From positions 62,001 through 126,000 of IMG/VR virus record IMGVR_UViG_3300030102_006934: a DNA stretch of 64,000 nucleotides, one strand, 5' to 3'. Under the pieces are notes generated by a model. That model searched no databases. It worked only from the letters and a program-made list of their open reading frames with translations, and was not told the origin of the DNA. Every line of letters starts with the position of its first letter. Position 1 is the first letter of the stretch. Position numbers and translations under genes: made by a program. This document shows, one piece after another, positions 20,508-29,509 of this stretch.

Positions 20508-20618
20508 AATGAGGACCTCGAAAGATTTCCTCATTTTTTTTTTAACCACTTGACTTTAAGATAAAAGTTTATTATATTTGTGAATATTTAAAAACAAAAG
20601 ATACGTTCTTTAACATAT

Positions 20619-20990
20619 GGGGCAAAATGGTTATTGATTATTTATAGTCGTGATTAGTAAGCATGCAGTGTTAGATTGGAAACACTTTAATTACCTATCA
20701 TTTTTCTTAGATGGAAACGAGTTTGACATCGATGAAAACTTCCTAGATACCGCTTCAGTAGAAGTTGGTACGGGAGAGGTTGCATTCGCCTAAGAGTAAT
20801 GATGATGGTGGTAATCCACCAACCCTCTTTGATAGTAGAGTTTAAAAAATTATCCAGAAGATTAGTTATCAGTAAAACGAACTGTAATAAGGGAACTGTT
20901 AAACTTTGCTGGGATTAGAAACCAGATAAGCATGTAGAAAACTCTTTATGAGTAAGTAAGACTAGAGTTCGAATCTCTATTGCTCCACTA
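20619..20990 (+). ncRNA. ssrA: tmRNA; probable tag (A)GNEFDIDENFLDTASVEVGTGEVAFA
   Basis: Acceptor stem GGGGCAA/TTGCTCC-A with G3.U wobble; T-arm TAGAG-TTCGAAT-CTCTA; internal frame 20713-20793 ending AFA-stop; TATATTTG promoter at 20573; CCA not encoded. Confidence 0.88.
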
Positions 20991-21080
20991 ATACTCCTTT
21001 ATTTTTATATCAAGGGGTTTACTAAAAAAATATATTACTTATATTTATAAAAGAATAAAAAAAATAAAAAAAATTTTATT

Positions 21081-21530
21081 ATGTCAGTTATTACAGAAAA
21101 CAGTACAGTGATGGTCCATTACACTGGTAAATTAAACGATGGATTTGTGTTTGATTCATCAAAAGCCGTTGAAGGTGATGATAGGTTTGTAGATAGAGAA
21201 CCATTAAAAGTTGAGTTGGGTAAAGGGTTAGTTATACCTGGATTTGAAAAGGGTTTAATCGGAATGAAAGCTGGTGAAACTAAAACCGTTGCCATACCAA
21301 CAAAAGAAGCTTACGGTGAAAAAAGAGAAGACATGCTTCAAGAAATACCTAAAGAAAACGCCCCAAAAGATGTTAAAGTGGGTGCTGGATTACAAGCGGA
21401 TGGCCCAAACGGAAAAATGGTTGTTGTTGTATCTGAGGTTAAAGAAAAAACAGTTGTTATTGATGCAAATCACCCACTAGCTGGAAAAGATTTGAATTTT
21501 GAATTAGAGGTAGTTTCTATCGAGAAATAG
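21081..21530 (+). CDS. FKBP-type peptidyl-prolyl isomerase (SlyD/SlpA-like)
   Basis: HYTGKL.DG.VFDSS, IPGFEKGL.GM, EAYG, DANHPLAGKDLNF. Confidence 0.92.
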   Translation: MSVITENSTVMVHYTGKLNDGFVFDSSKAVEGDDRFVDREPLKVELGKGLVIPGFEKGLIGMKAGETKTVAIPTKEAYGEKREDMLQEIPKENAPKDVKVGAGLQADGPNGKMVVVVSEVKEKTVVIDANHPLAGKDLNFELEVVSIEK

Positions 21531-21556
21531 ATATATTAAATAACATTTAAGACATT

Positions 21557-21583
21557 AAAAAGCCCACAGTTGTGGGCTTTTTT
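21557..21583 (+). terminator. intrinsic terminator
   Basis: AAAAGCCCAC-AGTT-GTGGGCTTTT. Confidence 0.75.
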
Positions 21584-21618
21584 ATTATAAATATATATTT
21601 ATTATAAAAATAAACACT

Positions 21619-21846
21619 ATGAAAGAATTTATAAAAGATATATTTACCGAAGACAAAAATGAAGGTAAATATTCATCAAAAAAAACAGTTGGAATAATTG
21701 CTGCTATTTTAGGTTTTATTGGATTTATTGTTGACGGGTTTCACTTTTACGAAATTAGCGAAACTATGTTTGATTCAATATTAATTTTTTCGGGTACTAT
21801 GTTAGGTGCCTCACTTGTTAAAAGTTTTAGTAAAAGCAGTAAATAA
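21619..21846 (+). CDS. two-TM small membrane protein, holin candidate
   Basis: SSKK motif then two TM helices, basic tail, late motif upstream. Confidence 0.45.
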   Translation: MKEFIKDIFTEDKNEGKYSSKKTVGIIAAILGFIGFIVDGFHFYEISETMFDSILIFSGTMLGASLVKSFSKSSK

Positions 21847-22102
21847 AAAACGAATGGGGCTCAATAAGCCCCATAGTTTTATTTATTAACGTTATTATTA
21901 TTATTATTATTATTGGTATTATTAGCGTTGTTACTATTTGTTGGCTTAGGTCTATTAGCTTTGTTTTTTTTACATCCACATCCCATGATAATATAAATTT
22001 ATATCTATTGTTATACATTAATAAATATAAGATTAAGATAAAAAAAATAAAGGTAAAATGTTTATTTATGTTATTTTTTTTATATATTAGTTTAAAACAA
22101 TC

Positions 22103-22345
22103 ATGCTTTTTAAGAAATACGTAATAACAATAATTGACGAGAAATGGAATATTGTCAAAACAAAATTTAAGGTAAAGGTTATACCAAGAATTCACGAGCT
22201 ATTTTATTTGGAAGAAAACGGTAAATACTATAGAGTTGTCAATGTAATACACAATATAAAAAAAACACATGAGCTATGCGTTGTTATAGAGGAGTATATT
22301 GATGATTATAAACTAAAAGATAATAAAGAAATTATTAAAAGTTAA
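22103..22345 (+). CDS. hypothetical protein
   Basis: ORF. Confidence 0.55.
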   Translation: MLFKKYVITIIDEKWNIVKTKFKVKVIPRIHELFYLEENGKYYRVVNVIHNIKKTHELCVVIEEYIDDYKLKDNKEIIKS

Positions 22346-22348
22346 TTT

Positions 22349-22585
22349 ATGAAAAAATTATTGATTAAATTTTGTCAGTTTTTAACTAAAAACATGTTAA
22401 TTCGCATTTTTATTTTATCAATTATAACACTTATTTCAGCAATAATTGCTAATTTTTATGAACCAGCCGAAAAGATTATGTTGGTGTGCATACTATTACT
22501 AACAATAATAGCTATAATTTTTATAATTTACGCCTGGATTATAAACCCGATAAGAAGACTAATCGATAAAAAAAATAAAAAATAA
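22349..22585 (+). CDS. small membrane protein
   Basis: Two TM segments. Confidence 0.55.
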   Translation: MKKLLIKFCQFLTKNMLIRIFILSIITLISAIIANFYEPAEKIMLVCILLLTIIAIIFIIYAWIINPIRRLIDKKNKK

Positions 22586-22643
22586 TTGCTTTAGACTACA
22601 AAAATAATTATATTTGTATATATTTGTATAAATAAACGGTAGT

Positions 22644-22703
22644 TAAAGATTAGTTTCAGCCAGTTTTAAGACAAGTTATAGTTATAGTTAAAAACTAATC
22701 TGA
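22644..22703 (+). ncRNA. putative structured RNA, TAAAGA-N4-TTCAGC family, copy 2
   Basis: AGATTAGTTT pairs with AAACTAATCT-GA; TATATTTG promoter just upstream. Confidence 0.5.
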
Positions 22704-22708
22704 CGTTA

Positions 22709-22769
22709 TAAAGAAAGGTTTCAGCAAATAAGCTTTAAATATATGATTAATTTAAAAACGCCTTTCTGA
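22709..22769 (+). ncRNA. putative structured RNA, TAAAGA-N4-TTCAGC family, copy 3
   Basis: AGAAAGG pairs with CCTTTCT-GA. Confidence 0.5.
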
Positions 22770-22947
22770 TAAAACAACTACAATTTTTCATAGTTTTAAG
22801 AACCAAAGTAGTGTTTTAAGTTGGTTCACAATTTTATCGTTATTTTTAAATTAAGTCCTTACCAACCAGGTGAGGATTTTTTTTATTCTTTATTCTTGTA
22901 TTATATTTTATATTTTTATATATTTGTTATCAAATAATTGATTTATT

Positions 22948-23472
22948 ATGATTAAAACTCCATCAAAACTACCAAAACTACTTATAATTGGAAACGCGAG
23001 ACACGGAAAAGACACCCTGGCAGAAATACTTAGGGATGAGTTTGACCTAACATTCGAATCATCATCAAAATCAGCTTCAGACATATTCATATATGATTTA
23101 TTTAAAGAAAAGTATAGTTATAAAACACCCGAAGACTGCTACCAAGACAGAATTAATAGAAGACAAGAGTGGTATGAAGCAATATGTGAATATAACAAAT
23201 ATGATAAAGCCAGACTAGCTAAAGGAATATTATCTAGAACTGGTTGTTATGTTGGAATGAGAGACAGAGAAGAGATAAAAGAATGTATCAACCAAGGACT
23301 GTTCGATTTAATTATCTGGGTTGACGCCAGTGATAGATTACCCGAAGAACCAGCAACATCATTTAATATAGATAAAGGGTGCGCTGATATTATAATTGAA
23401 AATAATGAAACTTATGAAGACTTTCACACCAAGGTCTTAAGGTTAGGTAAAACTTTAATAAATGAAAAATAA
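22948..23472 (+). CDS. P-loop kinase, deoxynucleoside monophosphate kinase-like
   Basis: IIGNARHGKDT, YVGMR..EE, ADIIIENN. Confidence 0.65.
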   Translation: MIKTPSKLPKLLIIGNARHGKDTLAEILRDEFDLTFESSSKSASDIFIYDLFKEKYSYKTPEDCYQDRINRRQEWYEAICEYNKYDKARLAKGILSRTGCYVGMRDREEIKECINQGLFDLIIWVDASDRLPEEPATSFNIDKGCADIIIENNETYEDFHTKVLRLGKTLINEK

Positions 23473-23731
23473 AATAAACATAACAAAATTATATATTATA
23501 TTAAGTATTTTTCTATTATTATTCTTGATGATAAAAATTGTGAATATTAATAACGATAATATAAAATTAAAAGAAATAAATAAAAGGAATATTATTACAC
23601 ACACCAAAATAATCGATGATTATTTAAATATAAAGGAAGAAAACGACTTAATGTTAGATGAAATCATAAGACTTGAAGAAGAAAATAAAATACTGGGTAG
23701 TTATATTGCAAATGATGAATTAGAAAAATGA
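23462..23731 (+). CDS. TM + coiled-coil protein
   Basis: ORF. Confidence 0.5.
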   Translation: MKNKINITKLYIILSIFLLLFLMIKIVNINNDNIKLKEINKRNIITHTKIIDDYLNIKEENDLMLDEIIRLEEENKILGSYIANDELEK

Positions 23732-24054
23732 CTGAAGAAGAAAAAATAGAAGAAAAAATTACTGATGTTTTAAGAACCATAGCCGACCCAGAGTTACCAG
23801 TGAATATATATGAACTGGGGTTAATATATTCTATAAAACTATCTAAAGTAAATAATAACACTTATGATTTGGATATAGTTATGACCGTTACAGCACCAAA
23901 CTGCCCAGCAATAGAATCAATGCCAAAAGAGATTAAAGAAAAAACTGAGAGTTTAGATGATATCAAAAATTGTAATGTTAAAATTACATTTGACCCACCA
24001 TGGGATATGAGAATGATGAGTGAGGCCGCAATGCTAGAATTAGGTATGTTATAA
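23728..24054 (+). CDS. DUF59/SufT-like Fe-S cluster assembly protein
   Basis: DPELPVNIYELGLIY, MTVTAPNCP, FDPPW...MSEAA.LELG. Confidence 0.9.
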   Translation: MTEEEKIEEKITDVLRTIADPELPVNIYELGLIYSIKLSKVNNNTYDLDIVMTVTAPNCPAIESMPKEIKEKTESLDDIKNCNVKITFDPPWDMRMMSEAAMLELGML

Positions 24055-24169
24055 ATAAACAAAAATGGGATTAAAAGAAGATTACAACTGGGATTTTATA
24101 TTTTTATTACTTGGATTAATATTTTTTTGGTTTTTAATATATTTTTTAGTTAAAATCTGTTAAAAATAT

Positions 24170-24742
24170 ATGGGAGGTAAATTTTACATTAATTGGGGCA
24201 AGGATAAGTTAATTAACTCCCACTATATTCATACGGTAAATTATATTAAGGAAATTGAACCTAACTCTACAGTATTGGATGTGGGGGGATTTGGATGTGG
24301 GGGGCTAAATACAACGGTATATCTAAAACAAAAAGGGTGTAGTATCGATGTTCTAAATATTGACGATTCTGTAAAAGGGTGGTGTAATGATTTTGATGTT
24401 CACTTTATTCATGCAGACATATTCAACTATAGTTATAAAGAAAAAAAATATGATGTAATTATACTAGAACTTGTTATAGAAACTCAAATTAATATGTATA
24501 AAGAAAATCTCATTGATAAGCTAAAAAATATATTAAAACCCAATGGATATATATTAACATTTTATGTAGATGATATAAGTAAAGTACCCACTAAAAGATT
24601 AAAAGAAACAAAACACCTCATAGAAGAATTTAAAAAAGATTATCTAAATAATATACCTATAGAAGAAATATATAAAGAAGAATTTATCGGTATAGATAAT
24701 AATAGGAAATATATGAAATGGTTTAAATTTAAAAAAAAATAA
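24170..24742 (+). CDS. class I SAM-dependent methyltransferase
   Basis: VLDVGG.G.GG, YDVII, LKPNG. Confidence 0.75.
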   Translation: MGGKFYINWGKDKLINSHYIHTVNYIKEIEPNSTVLDVGGFGCGGLNTTVYLKQKGCSIDVLNIDDSVKGWCNDFDVHFIHADIFNYSYKEKKYDVIILELVIETQINMYKENLIDKLKNILKPNGYILTFYVDDISKVPTKRLKETKHLIEEFKKDYLNNIPIEEIYKEEFIGIDNNRKYMKWFKFKKK

Positions 24743-24838
24743 AAAAAAATTGTTTTTTTAAAATATTTTTATTATGTTTGTTACCAATCAATCTTTAATG
24801 TAAATTCCTACACACATTAAAGTTCAAAAATAAATAAA

Positions 24839-25045
24839 ATGAGTGGTAAAGTTTTTCATATAATTGAAGCTAGAGATTTAGATACTAATCAAGTAGAAGA
24901 GCGAAGATTATACACTACAGAAGAACAGTATAAAATTAGAGGTCCAAAACAAATTTCTAAATTCGTTAAAAAATATAAAGTTAAGGTAACTAAATATGTG
25001 TGTAACGAATCGGTTGAAATATTAAATCAAAAACCAGTATGTTAA
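24839..25045 (+). CDS. hypothetical protein
   Basis: ORF after TATGTTTG. Confidence 0.5.
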   Translation: MSGKVFHIIEARDLDTNQVEERRLYTTEEQYKIRGPKQISKFVKKYKVKVTKYVCNESVEILNQKPVC

Positions 25046-25500
25046 AATACAGAATGTATGGACTAGTACCATACAACATCAGTCCAATACAGCAAGGAAT
25101 TCAATTTGGACATGCAGTAGTAGAATATGGTATATCTAATACGTTAGAACATAACTACATACAATGGGCACACAATGATAAGACATTCATCATTTTAAAT
25201 GGTGGAACTACAAATACAAACCCTTTATCATTGGGGACTTTGAATCAATCTAGAAATGATTTAAAAGAAATGAAAGTTGAATATGCATCATTCTATGAAC
25301 CAGATTTAGGAGACCAATTAACTGCCGTAGTCTTTTTAGTGGATGAACGGGTTTGGGACAAAGATAAATATCCTGAATATGATGAATTATTACATGGAAG
25401 TTATACAGATAAACCAAATCATGACTTTGATTTATTCGGTGATGATGCAGATAAGATATTAGAAATGAGAGAATTCCTTTCTAATTATAGATTGGCATAA
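25039..25500 (+). CDS. peptidyl-tRNA hydrolase PTH2-like protein
   Basis: QQGIQFGHA, W...DKT.IIL, FYEPDLGDQLTAV. Confidence 0.65.
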   Translation: MLKYRMYGLVPYNISPIQQGIQFGHAVVEYGISNTLEHNYIQWAHNDKTFIILNGGTTNTNPLSLGTLNQSRNDLKEMKVEYASFYEPDLGDQLTAVVFLVDERVWDKDKYPEYDELLHGSYTDKPNHDFDLFGDDADKILEMREFLSNYRLA

Positions 25501-25527
25501 ATAAGGTTAATTCACCTACCTGTTTAA

Positions 25528-25743
25528 ATGGTGAGTAAAATAAAAATTAGTATGAAAAAAGAAACATTACTTAAAATCTTGGGGTATATCTCCATTGGGT
25601 TGGTAATACTTATTACACTTAAATATATTAAGATGTTACCAGCATTTCTAAAAGTATTGGCCCTGGCGACCAATGTATTAACAGGTTATTTCGCCTATAA
25701 TAATTTAATTAATAATAAAAAAACAAAAAAAAATGACAATTAA
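25528..25743 (+). CDS. small membrane protein
   Basis: Two hydrophobic segments. Confidence 0.5.
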   Translation: MVSKIKISMKKETLLKILGYISIGLVILITLKYIKMLPAFLKVLALATNVLTGYFAYNNLINNKKTKKNDN

Positions 25744-26557
25744 AAGTATTTTTAAAACAGCAGCGTTGAGTTTTATTGGTATCACAATATTAGGTGTGAT
25801 ATTCTCAGCATGGGTTGATGTAGACCCAGGACAAGAAGGGTTTTCTTACCGACCTTATAACGGTGGTGTAGATATGAAAGCGAGTTATACTGAAGGAACG
25901 TATTTTATCGCTCCGTGGAATGATGTAATTACATATAATATTCTACAACAATCCAAATCATATGAGTCCACGGTAATGGATGTCAATGGAACGGATATTT
26001 CTGTAGAGGTAGCGGTTAACTTCTCAGTTAAAAAGGGACATGCCGCAAAACTACACCTTAAACACGGTAAAGGATATATTCAATTTATTGATGATAAGGT
26101 AAAAGGTGCAATTAAAGATGTTGTGGGTAGATACACATATCAAGAAGTATATTCTACAAAGAGAGAAGCCTTGGAAGGTGAGATAGAAGAAATATTGATT
26201 GAGGACTTTAAGGGTAACTATATTGTATTTCATTATGTAGAGATTGCAGACGTAAACCTACCTAAAAACATTGCAACTGAGATTACCAATAAGGAGACTC
26301 AGAAGCAGAAAAACCTTACCGCACAACAGAAACAACAAGAACAGATATATCTAGCAGCGGCAAAAATGGAAACTGCTAAAGGTGATAGTGCAAAAGTAGT
26401 AATTAGAGCTAACGCAGAAGCACAATCTATTAAGATTAAGCAAAAACAACTTCGCCAATCTCCACAGTATATTGAATACTTAAAAGCTAAGCAGTGGAAT
26501 GGTCAGATGCCCAAAGTAGTTGGTTCAAGCGGTGGTTTAATTATAGACCTAAAATAA
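25733..26557 (+). CDS. SPFH/prohibitin (Band 7) family protein
   Basis: N-terminal TM, V.PG..G, EG.YF..PW, AEA coiled coil, WNGQMP. Confidence 0.88.
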   Translation: MTIKSIFKTAALSFIGITILGVIFSAWVDVDPGQEGFSYRPYNGGVDMKASYTEGTYFIAPWNDVITYNILQQSKSYESTVMDVNGTDISVEVAVNFSVKKGHAAKLHLKHGKGYIQFIDDKVKGAIKDVVGRYTYQEVYSTKREALEGEIEEILIEDFKGNYIVFHYVEIADVNLPKNIATEITNKETQKQKNLTAQQKQQEQIYLAAAKMETAKGDSAKVVIRANAEAQSIKIKQKQLRQSPQYIEYLKAKQWNGQMPKVVGSSGGLIIDLK

Positions 26558-26562
26558 TAGAT

Positions 26563-26766
26563 ATGTTAGAACTATTTATAATTTTATATATTATTAGAGT
26601 TATATTATGTACGCTAATAACCCTAATATTTGATAAATTAGAGCTAAAAGAAACCTTTATGGTTAATAGCGCCATTCAAGCCTTAATATTCATATTAATG
26701 CCATTCTATATACCGTATCTCTTTTGGAGGATAATAGAAAATAAATTTAAACAAGAAGGGGTCTAA
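26563..26766 (+). CDS. small membrane protein
   Basis: Hydrophobic; ATG 26563 preferred. Confidence 0.5.
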   Translation: MLELFIILYIIRVILCTLITLIFDKLELKETFMVNSAIQALIFILMPFYIPYLFWRIIENKFKQEGV

Positions 26767-26790
26767 GACCCCTTTTTAAAACAAAAAAAA

Positions 26791-27270
26791 ATGAAAAAAA
26801 TATTATTATTAATTTTACTTTCACCTTTAGTATTACATTCACAAAATAAATTGTTTTATGTGGAAGCTAATGGAGGTGTAAGCACGACAGTAAATTACGA
26901 AGATGAAGTCATAGACATTGTGGATATGAGTGTAACTTACAAAAACAATGATAGATTTATGGGTTCAATATCTATAGGGTCTAATATACCAATGGGTGAT
27001 TACAGTTTAATAGATATACAAGTTGGTGTAGTTTACCCATATATTATAACGGGCAAAGTAGGAGTTGGCTCTTATTACGGTAAAAATGAACAAATATCTA
27101 TTGTATTGGGTGTTAGGCCATATCCTTTAACTGGGTATATGCAATTAAATATTAGACCTAACACTGGATTACACTTTACAATATGTGGAGAAATAGGTAC
27201 TGGTTCGGACATATCTTTAGGTGTTAGAAGTATCTTTAATGTAGGAATGAGATTACCAATTTTTAAATAA
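26791..27270 (+). CDS. secreted/outer-membrane beta-strand protein, copy 1
   Basis: Signal peptide, alternating hydrophobic strands; paralog at 57452..57940. Confidence 0.65.
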   Translation: MKKILLLILLSPLVLHSQNKLFYVEANGGVSTTVNYEDEVIDIVDMSVTYKNNDRFMGSISIGSNIPMGDYSLIDIQVGVVYPYIITGKVGVGSYYGKNEQISIVLGVRPYPLTGYMQLNIRPNTGLHFTICGEIGTGSDISLGVRSIFNVGMRLPIFK

Positions 27271-27276
27271 AAAATT

Positions 27277-27546
27277 ATGACAAATTCATTACTTTTAGGT
27301 TTAGTGGTGTGTGTGTTTTTAATTATAACACAAAACGTAGTATTAAAAATATACAAAAGATTTCCAGAACACGGTATAGGACTCATGTATGGAAGTTTAG
27401 GTGTTAAACTGATATTTGTGTGTGGTATAACTATTGCCTTAAGAAGTGAAATAGAAAACTCTATTTTATATGCAATAATCATTTTAATGGGTGTGTTATA
27501 CAGTAATGTGAGAACCATATTAGAATTATATGTAAAAACTAATTAA
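27277..27546 (+). CDS. small three-TM membrane protein
   Basis: Hydrophobic segments. Confidence 0.55.
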   Translation: MTNSLLLGLVVCVFLIITQNVVLKIYKRFPEHGIGLMYGSLGVKLIFVCGITIALRSEIENSILYAIIILMGVLYSNVRTILELYVKTN

Positions 27547-27556
27547 AAAAACAAAA

Positions 27557-27775
27557 ATGATTAAAGAAGAAAAACATACAATAGATTTAGAATATTTTAA
27601 AAAATATGTTGAAACTTATGATTATAGTGAATTTGAATATAATGAAACATTTATAAAAGATATGATTTATGGTATTGGTTTAGCCGTTAACGGTGATAAG
27701 TTCAAAATGGCTGATGGGTATAAAAGATTTGAAGATTTCTTATTAAATGAAATTATAAAACAAAAACAAAGATGA
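27557..27775 (+). CDS. cassette ORF, hypothetical (ends KQKQR in junction repeat)
   Basis: ORF ends in repeat TGA. Confidence 0.65.
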   Translation: MIKEEKHTIDLEYFKKYVETYDYSEFEYNETFIKDMIYGIGLAVNGDKFKMADGYKRFEDFLLNEIIKQKQR

Positions 27776-27924
27776 AAATATTTTTAAGTTTAATGATAAT
27801 GCTTTGTATGGGAATGACCTTATACCATTTCATCTCTCAACCAGAAGAGACAAACGAACTTATATTATGGTCAATGTTAACCCTATTTAATAGTCAATCT
27901 TTAATTAATATAAACCAAAACTGA
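27772..27924 (+). CDS. cassette ORF, 50 aa hydrophobic peptide
   Basis: MKIFLSLMIMLCMG...ININQN; runs repeat to repeat. Confidence 0.55.
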   Translation: MKIFLSLMIMLCMGMTLYHFISQPEETNELILWSMLTLFNSQSLININQN

Positions 27925-27925
27925 G

Positions 27926-28108
27926 ATGAGTAAAGAAAGAATAAAACAACTAACAGAAGAATATCCAGGTTGGATATCTTCTCTACTAGAAAGAGGTCTT
28001 ATGGAGCATCAGACAAGTTATGGTGACATGATACCTGTACCCAATGAAGTAGTAGTTTTTATTAAAGAATTTTATGAATACGAACAAAACAAAGATGAAG
28101 AAAACTGA
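27926..28108 (+). CDS. cassette ORF, hypothetical
   Basis: Starts at repeat ATG. Confidence 0.6.
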   Translation: MSKERIKQLTEEYPGWISSLLERGLMEHQTSYGDMIPVPNEVVVFIKEFYEYEQNKDEEN

Positions 28109-28397
28109 TTATAAACCACTAATTCCAATATGTTCAGATGAAGAACTAAAAGACATCGCAGAACAATGGTGTGATTTAGTTGGTACAGAACCTACTAACA
28201 CTACGTTAAACGCATTTATGATGGGAGCAAAAATAGCTATATCTAATATCGGTTGGGTAGTAAACCAAAACGAAGATGATATGAGAATTGAATGTTTAAT
28301 CGGTGAAACATATCAAGTTACTGATGGTTCTACTGTATGGCTTCAAGGTAGTTTATCAGATTGTGAGTCATACTTAAACCAAAAAAAAGATGAGTAA
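28095..28397 (+). CDS. cassette ORF, apparent fusion of two cassettes across a mutated repeat at 28261
   Basis: Starts at repeat ATG (MKKTDY); internal VNQNEDDM; ends LNQKKDE. Confidence 0.6.
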   Translation: MKKTDYKPLIPICSDEELKDIAEQWCDLVGTEPTNTTLNAFMMGAKIAISNIGWVVNQNEDDMRIECLIGETYQVTDGSTVWLQGSLSDCESYLNQKKDE

Positions 28398-28647
28398 AGA
28401 GATTAACATACAGGTAGAAACCATTGAGGTTAAGGGTGAGGTGATACCATTACAACATGAATGGAAAGTTTGTGAAAATAATAAAGAATGGTACGGTAGA
28501 TTACCCAGAAAGAAGAAGAAACAATTAAAGAAACGAATGGGTGAAGAATCTTTTGTTAGTTGGTGGAATGGACTTGATGTATATTATCATCCTGATATTG
28601 AAGAAGAATTAACAAAGTTACTTATAAATAAACCAAAACAAAGATGA
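28390..28647 (+). CDS. cassette ORF, hypothetical (RLPRKKKK motif; ends KPKQR)
   Basis: Repeat to repeat. Confidence 0.65.
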   Translation: MSKEINIQVETIEVKGEVIPLQHEWKVCENNKEWYGRLPRKKKKQLKKRMGEESFVSWWNGLDVYYHPDIEEELTKLLINKPKQR

Positions 28648-28702
28648 GTTATGAAACAAGAAAATAGAATAATTAGAATGATAATGGATTCCGATACTGT
28701 TT

Positions 28703-28712
28703 NNNNNNNNNN
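28703..28712. other. assembly gap (10 N)
   Basis: N run inside the cassette array. Confidence 1.
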
Positions 28713-28816
28713 AACTACTTTATTACATCTTTTAATAGAGACAGTAAGAAAGGTAAACGATATTTGGAACTACGTAGTGAATATGTTTTATAAACACAAT
28801 ATAAACCAAAACAAAA

Positions 28817-29113
28817 ATGACTAAACAATATAATGTAAAGTATGAAGTAGGACAAGATGTCTATGTATTAAGAGATAAAAAGATAAGTAAAAATAGGGTA
28901 TACAAGATTAGAGTTACCGAACAACAACCTTATACTAAGGGTAATTCAGATGGAACTCTTACTGAAATGTCGGGTATTGAAATAGATTATCTTATAGAAA
29001 CAAAAAGAGATTTCATACATCCACATACAAAAAGCACCCAAAGTTCATACGATTGGTACAATGAAGAAGATGTCTTTACTAATAAGGATGAATTGATTGC
29101 ACAAATTGTATAA
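28817..29113 (+). CDS. cassette ORF, SH3-like beta protein
   Basis: KYEVGQDVY...EEDVFTNKDEL; repeat to repeat. Confidence 0.65.
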   Translation: MTKQYNVKYEVGQDVYVLRDKKISKNRVYKIRVTEQQPYTKGNSDGTLTEMSGIEIDYLIETKRDFIHPHTKSTQSSYDWYNEEDVFTNKDELIAQIV

Positions 29114-29125
29114 ACCAAAACAAAG

Positions 29126-29254
29126 ATGAGAAGAATTGATATTGGATTAATACTTAAATTGGTTTTTCTTATTACCATTATATGGTTCTTGTTTTACATT
29201 GGAAAAGACAAAAATGTGAATTACAAAGGCAAAGGTTATTATGAAACTAGATAA
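29126..29254 (+). CDS. cassette ORF, 42 aa single-TM peptide
   Basis: MRRIDIGLILKLVFLITIIWFLFY...; repeat to repeat. Confidence 0.55.
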   Translation: MRRIDIGLILKLVFLITIIWFLFYIGKDKNVNYKGKGYYETR

Positions 29255-29266
29255 ACCAAAACAAAG

Positions 29267-29509
29267 ATGAGTAACAAAACAATAGCAATTATATACTTCA
29301 ATCAATATGATGGTAAGTATAATACTAAGTCTTATATGTATTTTGAAACTAAACTACATGCTGAAAGATACTTGATGGTAAACGGTTATCAGCCCGATGA
29401 TATTTTTGAATGGAAAAAGGATTACCTTTATTCAGCTAAAATCCATATGGAAACATTACATCTAGGTGATGGTGAGCATATTATTGATACTAAACAAAAA
29501 CAAAGATGA
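29267..29509 (+). CDS. cassette ORF, hypothetical (ends KQKQR)
   Basis: Repeat to repeat. Confidence 0.65.
   Translation: MSNKTIAIIYFNQYDGKYNTKSYMYFETKLHAERYLMVNGYQPDDIFEWKKDYLYSAKIHMETLHLGDGEHIIDTKQKQR

Noticed and set aside
21827-22195. Minus-strand 122-aa ORF and (ATT)n tract
   Set aside because: Low-complexity AT-rich sequence overlapping a plus-strand gene; likely spurious.
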